Source: Klebsormidium nitens (lineage: Eukaryota > Plantae > Klebsormidiophyceae). Taken from it: a DNA stretch of 64,000 nt. The stretch's first letter is position 1. Each line of letters begins with the position of its first letter. Below, piece after piece: positions 21,101-33,100 of the stretch. A program made the position numbers and the translations under genes. The notes under the pieces are model-generated. The model saw only the letters and a list, made by a program, of their open reading frames with translations. It did not search any database and was not told where the DNA came from. The stretch spans positions 62,001-126,000 of the forward strand of contig DF236983.1 of NCBI GenBank assembly GCA_000708835.1, given 5' to 3'.

Positions 21101-23252
21101 TCCGTGTGGCGCCGGTGGTAAGGCAACTCGTGAGGCCGTTGGCAGCTGTCGTGAGACCGCTGACAGCTGTCGTTTCGCTGCGGACAGCTGTCAGAGTGCT
21201 CGTGGGCGAGGTCGAGGCTGCCAATGGACGACGTTGGTGAACCGGGGTTAAACAACACAGTGGGGGGGGAGGGGGACTGCTTCTCGTGGAAGAACGGCTT
21301 GTGATCCCCTCCATCTTTAGCAAAAGTGCGCAGCGCACGCATCGGGAGGGGGGGCTGCCAGTCCCCCCAGGCGGGCTTTGCGAGCGGGTTATCTCCAATG
21401 TAGGAGAACACGGTTCTGTTAGCAGGCTGAGAGGGGGGGACGTCAGGGAGACGGGCGGCATCGCGGGGGGGGACTGCGATCCTCAGGCTCTGCACAGCTT
21501 CCCGGGCGCTTTGGGGCCGGGGCTTGACGGCTGTCAGCTCCCGATTGGTTTCCTCGTTGCCCTGCGCAGAAAGGACCGCTCTTTCTGCCTTTGAATGCGG
21601 CGCCTCGAGTTGGGGTGTTCTTGCCGCCTGCTTTCCCGCGCCGCTCTTACCACTGTAAAACGCCTCCGCAATCTCCTTTGAGCACTGCACCTGCTGCAGC
21701 CGCAGCGCCTGCGGGGGGCTATTCTCACCAGCATCCAGCACCTTTGCCGACCGGGGGGTCCTGTGCGCGCTCTTTGCAACGGCGGGGGGAGCACTGGGGG
21801 CGTAGTGCGGCTTCAGGGTTCGGGGGATATGGCTTGATGCGAAAATGTTCCCAAGCAACTTTAAGGGGGGGATTGCCTGCTTGCTTTGCAGAGGCTCTAC
21901 TGCCCCACTGACCGGCCTTCCGCTGGCAACCCTCCCAGACTGTTTCAGACCTTTCTCAATCACGTCCACCTGCCTGAAACCACCAATCTGTGGCCTCTCC
22001 TCAATTGTCACCCCCCCTTCCCGGCTCAGCTCCAAACTCGAACTCCTCCTCTGCTTTTCCGGTGAGCCAGAGGCGCTCTCATGATAAGCGGACGGCAACC
22101 AGCTGTCCGTTCGTCTTCTCCCCCGCCTTTCCCCATTGCCGGACCTCGCGTCCCCCTTTGAACTTTCAGTGTCTGAAGTGGAAACGAAGGAGCCCCTTGG
22201 GCTCTCCCGCTCCTTCTGCGGGCTCCGAGGCGTGTGAAACCGCCCCTGGTAGACTGCAGCAACAGTGGCCGCTGCAGGAAAGAGAGTGTATCAGCAATAA
22301 TGGATTGTTGTCTGCTTTCGAATCCTGATCAGAGTATTCAGGCTGAATGTAGATGAGTTTCGTGCGTCGCTGTCTGACAGGTGAGAACACTCACAATTCA
22401 AATTAGTCTGAGGCTGTCTATTGAACAAACCCCATGAAACCTCGCAAGTTCCTGTTGAATTGAAAGGTAAGGGCTTGGCTTTGAGAGCAGAGTACAACTT
22501 CTAATGGACAAACGCTGGACAGCTGTCATGGCGCTCTGCAACAGCTGTCTTTCAAGTATGGCAACAGCTGTCTTCACACTCATCGCCAACTGGCATAACT
22601 ACAGTACAGGTGTCATCAGCGCAGGTGTACATGAGCAGCAATATCCAGTTCTCACCTTTATCCGAAATGGGAGCCTGTTGACCATGAACAACCGTGTCTG
22701 TCTTCCTGCCGCCAGGGGTCCGTCCTGCATTGTGAGGCCTGGCAGTAGCAGGCCTTGCAGTACGAGTGTACCCTGTCGGTGCAAGACTGGTACCTGACAG
22801 AAACGTTGTGAACAAGCCTTTGAGTATCCTCTCCTTGCCTTAAATCATGCAAGTCTGAGCGCATAACTGAGTATCCTCAATTCCAGGTTCGTGCAAGTCA
22901 CTGGTGCATTGCCTTCACCTGCCTTCAATCATGTGGGAGCACAAACTCGCCAGAGAGAAGATGGTAATTCAGCATCAAAGACAATAAGATTGAACAAGGG
23001 GGACTGAATAAGTTAGAAAGTTTCTGAATGCATTGAAACTGAAGTGCATCATGGCATAAAGCATCCACCTCCAGAAGGACGACTTAAACTTCTCGTGCGC
23101 AACTTCGATTGAGAGCCAAAAACAATCCTCAACGCACCTAGAAACTTGATATCCACTGGTGTGGCTGCATTTGTCCTGCCAATTGGTGCCTTGGCCCTCA
23201 GGTGGGACCTGTCAGTCTGGGCCCCTCGCCTATCCCCGTGTGATTCCTCCAT
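18179..23252 (-). CDS. CAMK-group (SnRK1/MARK-like) Ser/Thr protein kinase with long disordered N-terminal extension and C-terminal UBA-like segment
   Basis: Exons (minus): 23252-23138 and 22793-22656 (tentative, phase-compatible), 22271-20455, 20115-19984, 19648-19373, 19023-18727, 18448-18179. Motifs: IGEGGFCKV, VAIKVIDK, HRDIKLEN, DFG, CGSPSYAAPE, DVWSLGVVLFAM; UBA-like LDPAIL...TATYHLL. Confidence 0.9.
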
Positions 23253-24080
23253 CGTGTGTCCCAATCAAAGCATGGAACACATGCAACAGCTACTCCAGAA
23301 CTCGCTGGGCGGCGGGATAAGATACCGTGTGCAGTGTTGCCTGCATCAAGTCGTCCTCAAAGTTGACCATGATCTCTCGACTCTTAGACAAGCTCGGGAC
23401 GATCGCCAATGGCACAAGAATGCCGCGACCCTTGAGCTCTGTGGTCAGCATGCGCTTTCAAAGTTTCACATTCCTGGGTAGGGCGCTACTGTCTTCCTGC
23501 GCCAATCTCCTGAACGACGTCTGCTCTACGTAGGTTCCAACTTGTTGTCAGAACAGACTGTCAGGCCCGCCAGTTCGTGTCCTCCAGTTCAAAGAGCAGA
23601 GGTTACACGGACCTACAGAGAACTGCCAGTGTGGAAGATCTCTGTCAGGCGCCTAGCGGCTGATGTTTGTGGCCGGCCTGCCGCCGGCGCCAAGTTCCAC
23701 TCCAACTTCCAAGTTGGACTGGCGGAACTGAAATTCAAAATCAGTCCAGTGGCGCGTGCAACTTGTTATAGGATGCACATGGCAAGCTGGCAATAGCCGA
23801 AGTTCACTTTGCCACAGATGATTGCCAGTCTGCGCAGTCCGCTCTTGCAAGTGAACATTCTAATTTCTCAGGCATGCCGCGCTTTGTTATGCCAAAGGGT
23901 CATGATGACTTGACTCACCAGTTCAGTTGAACTGGTCACCGTTGGGGTCACCGTTGGGCTCACCGTTGCGGGATCCGAAAGCATCCCAACTTCTTTAACA
24001 GCTGGCTCCACTTGCTGTGCACTGCATCATCAGCAATGTTGATCTGTCAGCTGTAGACTTGGCGTGCACGGTGCAGCAAG

Positions 24081-25039
24081 CAGGTACCTAAATGCAGAGC
24101 TCTTACAAGTACCCCTAGGTGCGGTAGCTAGGTACCCACTTCCCAGTCCTGCGGTCTACCCTAAGCACTGTACAAGTACCCAAGTACCATTTGCGCAGTT
24201 TTCATGCAAGTTAGGTGCCTACTAGGCACCGTGCAGGTAACATTTGCAGCCCAGGCCCGGTCGCTACACAAATCTGTACGGTACTACGGACACCCTGAGT
24301 AGAGCCTGCGACGTTCTCGGCCATGGCCCGGGCGATGCCCCAGGTGGACTGGTGAATCGGTGATCACGTGAAAGTGGTCGGGTGACACCACTTGACTGAC
24401 AGAGTGAGCTGTCTAGACCGTCCTTCACACGAGCCGGGGATCTCTGATTCAAGGCGGTGAAACGCACCCACGGGAAGTCTCCCCGGGAAGCAGGAGCGCT
24501 GAAACTGATTCTATGCATACTGACGTGTCACTGAGAAGCGTTCTTATTGGTCGAAGGTCCAAAAAACAGTTTCAACGACTTAGATTCTCCTGTCAAGCGC
24601 CGCGTTCTGATTCGCCCGGCGCTTGCCCTCCCTCGTGATTCATTCGTGCGCAACTGCTTCCAATGTTTGCACGCACGTTGAATTCTGGCGCGCACTCCGA
24701 AGTCTGCAGGACATTGGTCATACATTTACTCCGATTATCCAGATATAAGATTGCCCGTGTAAAACTCCGTTTATTTCGCCCCTTGTCAGAATTGGTATCT
24801 GAACCCATGTGACCTTCCAGAAGTACGGGTCGCCTGTGACCTGTCACAGTAACGCACAGTACCTGGCAGCTGCCAAAAAAAAGGATGAACAATCTGAGGA
24901 CACCACGCTCATCAGCTGGAGACGTGGGACTCCTATACCTGGCGATTACCTGGCAGCTGCCAGCGTCCTAAGGTACGCGTGCAGGTACCTACCTCGTACC
25001 TAGTGTCAAAAGTTTTGCCTTCTAGGTACCGGTACCCTG
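24081..25039. mobile_element. Candidate old non-autonomous DNA transposon with GTAC-rich imperfect terminal inverted repeats
   Basis: Left GGTACCTAAATGCAGAGCTCTT...TAGGTGCGGTAGCTAGGTACC aligns with the reverse complement of the right end, CAGGGTACCGGTACCTAGAAGGCAAAACTTTT...TAGGTACGAGGTAGGTACC. About 8 GTAC in 24084-24284 and 7 in 24824-25035. No target-site duplication recognised. Confidence 0.4.
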
Positions 25040-27100
25040 GTGGCCATGCCGGCACGGTAATATTCCGAATGGTCAAAGTTGACAACTAACCTAATACGGG
25101 GGCTACGATGTGATACTGAACTTGGCTTATAGATTGCCGGCGACCAAGGTTGCCGGAAGCGTTGATCTAAGAACCGATCTCATGTACCGGGAAGTTTGAA
25201 CCAGCTTTTGAAGGTAGTACTGTGGTCGGTTAGCTTGATAGGTCAACCGGGATGGTCGACCGGGTCAACGCGACTTATAACCTTGAAATTCCAAAGTTAG
25301 TCCAATTCTACATTCGGCTTGTTGTCCCGAGTATGTGGATGCGGCGACCCATTGTGTGCAATATACGGTGGCAGAGTCGCTATAACAAGCCCCCCCGAGG
25401 AGTCGTTTTCGACGGCCTTGTCAATTGGGAGTAGATTCCGTTCGATAAAGTGCTGTACGTGCTAATCCGTCAAAAGATTCTGCCGCACTTGCCCGCGCTC
25501 CCGTCACCAAATTCCCCGGTTTCGACGATAAACGGCCATTTATGTAGAAACAGGGCAATATTCTAGGTATGGCGTGTGCTGAGAAGTTCAGTAAATATTC
25601 AATTAGATACGACCAATTTCGGCGACTTATGTGACGAATCCGAATCATCCCTGGAGGGCCTTCCGAGCACTCTTTTGCCCCATAAAAACCGCTTTTGGAG
25701 TCACCAGTTGCTGGAATCTACCGTTGTGGTCGCCTAGCAGTCACTGGCCAAATTCCTCGCAGCAAGTTTGTCCGTTTGCGCAGCACTGGCACTGGCCGCT
25801 CAGCGTTGACAGTGCCAGGCGTCAAGGGAAGCATCATTCAAATTTCACGATATATTAGATCACTTGTCCTTGCATGTGCACTTGCTCCGAACAAATGCAC
25901 GGTTTGCAAAACATTTGACTTGCAGATCCATGCATTGGTGCAGACGTTTCAACATTCAAACGCGGTTCAAACTTGGAGCCGACCATTCATATCACCACTA
26001 GCTTAATAGTGTGTCTCTGATTATACAATACTCTTGAATCGTCGATCCACGACAGTAGTCTCGACATGATGGCAATTGATCTCTTATGCATGTGATTCAA
26101 AGGAGCGTGTGACGGACAGGCTAAGATTGGAGTCACACTGACACGGATGGGTGCCTCGAAATCTAAAAACAGAATCATGTTTTAATTCAATGAACCAGAA
26201 AAACTTGCGCGCTTTGCATGCCCAACCTACCCTGGAACCACCGAACTAAAACATCATCCTATACCCGCCTTTCCAACACGTCTATTCGTAAGTCACATAT
26301 AAGAGTTGCTTTTGCGTACCATGACGGACTTCATGTCGATCCAGAAACTTTACCAATTCGCTATACAACAAAGGTCACATGCTATTGCAACTACAATATG
26401 GAGGGTTCGATTAAACATGCAGTCCTATTCGTTGACGTGTTTTGTGTCCAAAGTATATGCAAGTAAGACAAATATGAATGACTATTGGTTATTATCATTG
26501 CAAATGTCAAAGTTGAAGGGAAGCTTCATGCAAAGGTGTGCCGACTGCGCACGATCCGACTCAGTTGTGAATTCAACAAGCTCGAATGATGAGCAAGAGG
26601 GATGACAAAGCTATAGCCTTGCGCATGGCCTCATGTGTTCAATTCACCATCAACTCAGCACAGTTACAATAGGCCACGAACAGTAGACGATAATGCATAG
26701 TAAGCTTCCTACGTGGTGACTAAGCTGTACCATATCAACCATATCATTCATAGCAACGATACCCACCCAATCCCTCGTGCGCTCAAGCCTCCGCTCTCTC
26801 ACCAACTGAGTACCACCAATACTAATGTGGTGGTGCGATGCACGTGCTACTTGTCGTGCCACTTTGAGAACATGATGCAAAGAGACTGTTGATAAACACT
26901 TTTTATTATGCGGCCTCTAACAGACACAAGGCCCTGTAGCCTAGTAGAGATGACAAAAGTGCCCAAATGTGGCTGGAACGGCTTCATCAAACGGGTCTTC
27001 TTGAGCGCTGCTGATGCAATCCTGGTCCGTACTCGCCGGCATAAGCGGCTCTGATGTGAACCTTACCAAGCCTCTAAGCAAGCACGCATGACTCATGGCG

Positions 27101-30100
27101 CTATTGTTGCGTGTTTGCGACAAACCCAACCATGCACCGCACGTTTTGGAACAGCTGGTCGAGCTTACCCCAGCTTTCGGATTGGAGCTGCAGAATCAGC
27201 GCCGCCTTCGCTTGCAACTGCGGAATGCTGATGATAGCGTCCCCGTGCACCTGCAGAGAATAAAGTGTACCTCTCTTCCAACACTTGTGTACAAAAGCCC
27301 ACGTCAAATGCAGAAGTGACGCAAGCGGCGCAACTCCGGGTTGCATCATACCAGCTTGCATTAGCATCGACATCAAAATCGACATGCTCATGATTCGGAC
27401 AAACCAACATCAAAGCTGACGTAAACAGTACGCAGGCGTTCCTTTCCCATAATGACTTCCATGTTGACGCGTGCAACGCAATTCCGATGAAGAAGCGGCA
27501 TCCGAGCATAATTTACGCAGCTGAAGGGAGCAGATAGAAGATCGGCCAACCAGTCCTTTTGCACTGTCGCAGAGTCGAGGGGCCTGCACCGCCCCGGTGA
27601 AAAACATTGAACCAAAGAGAGAAAGAGGCTAGTTAACGGACGCAACAGCGTCTCATGACGTCATGACACGTCCCGTCCGCCTGCCACGTGGCCCACCTTG
27701 AGCGCGAGGTTGAGCAGCGCCTGGATGAGCTCGAAGTTGCGCTTGGCCGCCAGCTCGTGCGCGATAAAGTCCAGCAGGGCGCCCACGTCCCTGACGTCAT
27801 CCTCTTGCTCGCTGACGTCAGCATCTAGGTTCACGATCTCCATGGCGCGCAGCTCCGAGTCGACCGCAGAGGGGGCCATCTCGCGCAACAGCGCGACGAG
27901 CGGAGAGTCTGCAGCGAAGCTCACCCGTCAGACACCGCACAATGGTTGTTTGCCATGTACTTGTTAGTCTTTATGAAGTGATAAAAACAGTTGCTCAGCT
28001 CTTTCCTATGGTCGACCACAGAGCGACGCCATAAATGAAGGAAACCTGCCCAAAAATCATACACCCGCAGAGGGGATTCCAGCGGACTTCCACTAAAGGT
28101 CAAGACCGAGAATCGCCCAAAAGCAGAGCAAACACGCCATCCTTCGTCTCAAACGCCCCGATTGTTCTTAGTAGCCTCTCGGCTTACCACGAGAAGCGCA
28201 CTGGTAAGCCAACGGACTCCCGTGTCCTACGGTCCAAACTGCCAAATGACCCGAGTTGCCCCCGGAAGTGACACAAACACCGAAACGGAGAGTGTAACGA
28301 TCGAGAAGCCCGTGGGTCCAGACTGTCATCGGGCAGTACGAACCGGTCAGTCGGACCGATTATAAAGATGGTCACGATCGACATTTTGACATCGTAGCTA
28401 GCCTTTTGTTGGCGTAGCACAATGGCTAAGTCGTTAGCCATACGCTACAGTGACATCAGCGTTACAGAGAGAGAGCGCAACTCACAGTCCCCACTCTCCG
28501 CTCCTTCGTGCAGCCGCCGTACAAATTCGGACCGGTAGTCGTCGTCCGAGCTGTGCTTGAGCACTCTGGACGGTGCGCGCTTCTTCCCGGTAGACGGTTC
28601 CGCCCCCTCCGTTTCTTTTTCGGCAGCGATAAACTGCGGCACCCCCGAGACGCTGGGAAGCGTGGGGAGGAAGAAGGGCGCTTTCTCCGGCTTCTTCGGG
28701 GGCTCGATCGGCTTGTTCCTCTCCTGAACAAAGAAGGGTTCGTCGTAAGTCTCCCTGCTCCTGTCACTGTGATGCTTCATGATGAAGATTTCTGACGCGA
28801 ATCTTGTGGTCCAAAGGGTTTTGCGGTTATATTGAGGAATAGTAAACCCCGGAAACCTCGATGTTGAAGAAGTTCTGGGATTGGGTACGAACCATAATTC
28901 GTGCTTCGAACCATTGTCCACGGGCGACACAGCTGTGCAATGCTGATCTATCACGTCAGCCAATGACGCTGAATTCGACAGCAAATGCGCTTTTAAAACT
29001 GAAAAGGTTCTCAACAAAGACAACAGGACAGCAAAATGGATAACCAACGAAGACTGCAGCAATAAAGAACGGAAACAACTGACGTCATCGCACTTGCCTT
29101 GATGACGTCAAGGTTCACGAGGCCCTGCCACTGGGCTCGCGGGAGCATTGCCAGGGTTATTAGCTCCGGGGTCAGCTGCTGAACAGGGCCCCGCCCGCTC
29201 GTCTCGCCGGGCAGGTCGCGCCTTTCACCTGCGGGGACCGGAGGATCGGTGTCAACGAATCCGCTCTGAAAAAGAGTCCAGCAATTTTAACAGTCTTTTC
29301 TGGGGCAAACCACCAAGCTAGTGACGCATACGCCCCGGCAAGTGGCGCCGTTCACCTGCGAAATTGGGACTAGTGACAGCGTAATTACTCGACAGGCAGT
29401 CTGACGACTTCAACAGTCTTTCTTCCGGTAAACCTTTCAGGCGAACGATGCCTGGGCAAACAACCACTGCCAATAAGATGCAAACTACAAAACAACAAAA
29501 GAGTAGGAATCTGCATCGTCTTGCAGAGAATTAGTATTGCGGATCGTCCCCAGTCTGATCCATGACATATAAAAAGACCGAATGCATACTTCCGGGCAAA
29601 GACGATGCACACGCTGCGGCTGTGAAACCCTTACCTTCGTTGGTGATGTGCGGGGCATCTTGAAATAAGGTAGGAGGCTGCTGTCTATCCGAGGGGCCGG
29701 CCCCTGCCGTTCCGTCCCGTTCTTCCCGACCTGTTCCGTTCTGGTCCGGCTCTTCCGAAGGGTCCGCTGACACGAGCGGAAGGCGGACTTGACGGGGCTC
29801 GGAGCTGCTGAGCGCCTGGCCCTCGGTGGTGCCCAGGTACAATAAGCGATTGGCCCTGCGGATGGGTTATGAGCAGGCTCCATAAGCAACTGGGCGTTGG
29901 AGAAAAAGCATGAGATACGAGATTGATTCTTGAGAAAGTGAAACCTACGGAAGACAAGTGCAGAAGGCAAAGATGATCTCACTGGAGTTTGTCACAGAAA
30001 CTTTATGGGCAGTAACGCTTTACCAATCGGAAGCGTCGTCCTAGCGTTTGACGCAGTCACGTAACTTCTCTCCCTTACCACACCAAGACACCAAGGACGT

Positions 30101-33100
30101 CGCGCCTCGCAACCGATTCCTCGTAGATCGCCACGTGGCGCCCTGTCAGCGCTTCATTTCGCACATGGACAGACGTATCCAGATCTGCAACGTGGCGCTG
30201 TCACCGGTCCGTTTGCGGATTGGCAACTCACCAGAGGTAGATTCCGTTCCGGTTTGCGTGAGTGGTGGCTAGCATGTCCATGCCAGGACTGAGCGACAGC
30301 GCGGTAATTGGGACGTCCAGTTTCATTGCATCCAACAGTTGCGCCGCGACCACGTCCCATACCCGGAGAGTGGCGTCCATTCCTGCGGACAGCAGCCACC
30401 TACGGAGAACGGAGCCCTTGAGCGTCGGAAATGGTGGCCTGAGCATTTGGAGATCGCCCTCAACCGGTGTGCTTGTCCCAAAAACCAAGACCGACTACCG
30501 CTCATCAAATTCCTTAAAGATCTGTTGGCGTAAGTCTCTGCCTTCTCCCTAACGAAGATGCGCCCATCGATAACCTGTTTTAACAACAGCTTCAAGGAAG
30601 ACCGCCTGCCGTCACCCGTTCTGCTGACGTCACACGTTCTAGTGACGTCACCCGTTCTGCAGACGTGACCTCACCTGCCGTCCTCGCTGAAGCACATCCC
30701 CGTGATGCGATCCGCGTGGCCCGGAAACTTGCGCACCAGCCGGTGCGCCGCGGCGTCGTACACCCGGATCGTGAGGTCATCGGAGGCGGCGGCGATCAGG
30801 CCGTTCCCCCGGTGAAACGTTATTTGCACCAGGGGGGAGCCCACAGGCCATGACGCAATCAGTTTTCGCGTCTTGAAGTTCCACACCTGGAGGGGAGTGG
30901 GTGGAGGGGGTTGACAAGCAGTTTCCCCAGGTGAAAGGTCATTCGCAGTAGGGGGAAAATAATCAGCTTCCGCATCATGTCAANNNNNNNNNNNNNNNNN
31001 NNNNNNNNNNNNNNNNNNNNNNNNNNNNNNNNNNNNNNNNNNNNNNNNNNNNNNNNNNNNNNNNNNNNNNNNNNNNNNNNNNNNNNNNNNNNNNNNNNNN
31101 NNNNNNNNNNNNNNNNNNNNNNNNNNNNNNNNNNNNNNNNNNNNNNNNNNNNNNNNNNNNNNNNNNNNNNNNNNNNNNNNNNNNNNNNNNNNNNNNNNNN
31201 NNNNNNNNNNNNNNNNNNNNNNNNNNNNNNNNNNNNNNNNNNNNNNNNNNNNNNNNNNNNNNNNNNNNNNNNNNNNNNNNNNNNNNNNNNNNNNNNNNNN
31301 NNNNNNNNNNNNNNNNNNNNNNNNNNNNNNNNNNNNNNNNNNNNNNNNNNNNNNNNNNNNNNNNNNNNNNNNNNNNNNNNNNNNNNNNNNNNNNNNNNNN
31401 NNNNNNNNNNNNNNNNNNNNNNNNNNNNNNNNNNNNNNNNNNNNNNNNNNNNNNNNNNNNNNNNNNNNNNNNNNNNNNNNNNNNNNNNNNNNNNNNNNNN
31501 NNNNNNNNNNNNNNNNNNNNNNNNNNNNNNNNNNNNNNNNNNNNNNNNNNNNNNNNNNNNNNNNNNNNNNNATAATCAGCTTCCGCATCATGTCAATCCA
31601 CACCTGGAGCGGGGTGCGTTTGAGGGAGTTGACAACCACGCCGCCTGGTCTCTTTTGAGCAATCGAAGGAGATAGATAATAGGTCATTGAGATACAGCGG
31701 AAAAGCAAGCCACTGGCATCCAGTGGGAGCGAACTTCACCCTTCTGTGACTACCGAACCCCGACCAGAGTAAGATCTGCTGCTGAGTCAAACTTCTTTAC
31801 AGCGCAAAACTCCCGGCAAAAAGGGCTAAATAGCCAAAGAGGGGACCTAAGAAGTAAAATCAGGGGGTACCTTTATCCGGCCGTCGTACCCCCCGCTGAC
31901 AAGAATCTTATTGCTCCCGTCGCACTCTACCCCGACCACCGCCCCCTCGTGCGCCGGGCTGAACTGCGCCTTCTTCTCGCTGTACCCCCCCCGGTGAATC
32001 CCTGACTGCAGATTAAACCGGTCGATCCGCCCGTTCGCTGTGCCGATCACCGCAAAGTTTCCGCACGCGCTGATGGATGCCGCCTGGGAAAGAAGGAAGG
32101 ATGAGGGGCTTCAGACTGGAGCTGGAGCGCAGCTGAGAAGGGCGCCGGGCAGAATGCTTTTTCCGGTATTCTGCGGGTGCGTACGAACGCTGCGCAAGAC
32201 TGGTTGGAGGTGCTGGGGGGGTGAACGCAGTGCAAGAGCAAATCAGCCAAAACAAGAGCGATACTTTCAAGCACCGGCGATCTCAACCCATTGTTGCAAT
32301 TTTTCTCAAGAATTAACTGACAACCCTACGGATGATTCTCCACAAACGCGTCTACCGCCCTCCAAACAGGTCCTGACGGGCCCGTTTTGGCGTCAAGCGC
32401 TTCCATGGAGGAAACGCCATTACAGCTGTTTGTATCAAACGTGCCACCGGAGCCCCGACGTTTCAGTGCGGTTCTCCATCGTGAATTTCAAGTTCGGTTC
32501 CCAATCTTGGACGGGGGTACCCCCTGGAAAGGCATTCAAGAGTCGTAACCGGCCCGTGATTCTCACTGAGGCCGTTTCTGAACTTCTGACTAGCCCGGGA
32601 ACTCTTGCGAAGCTCCCGGCTAATTACCCTCTTTGAATGGACATGCTAGGGGTGTGCAAGTATCGAAGATCAGGAACCGAAGTCGAAACTCAGAAAAGGA
32701 GAACCGCAAAACTCGTGTTGGAGCTCCGGCGGCAAGTTTGACGCAAAGAGCTGTAACAGAGAGTCTGCTCCACGAGAACGGGCGCTCCACCAAGACCAAT
32801 ATGTGAACGTCCAACACCACACGTTGCTTCCACGCACGCTTCCAATCAAACCCACGCTCCTCCGCACAACGAAGTTCAAGGATCTACTGTGGGTGAAAGC
32901 CGGGCTTTCAAGGTAAACGGGCCTCTTATTATTATGGGCTTCTTATTCCAGGCGGCTTTCAAGGTAAACGTATCGTCTGACATCCAAGGCGCCCAATGTC
33001 TTCGAAAGACCATGATCACCTCGCACGATCCCAAAAAGAGAGGGAAGACAGATAATCGAGTGTCCCTTCGATATTGATGCATCTGGTCTTAAGTAAGAGA

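Noticed and set aside
20665-21911. Plus-strand ORFs of 100-190 aa over the kinase, and similar antisense ORFs over ABCG, PEPC and UTP21 exons
   Set aside because: Shadow ORFs from GC-rich codon usage on the opposite strand; no recognisable domains.
30977-31708. 232-aa and 242-aa ORFs in the ORF track
   Set aside because: They consist almost entirely of N-gap codons.
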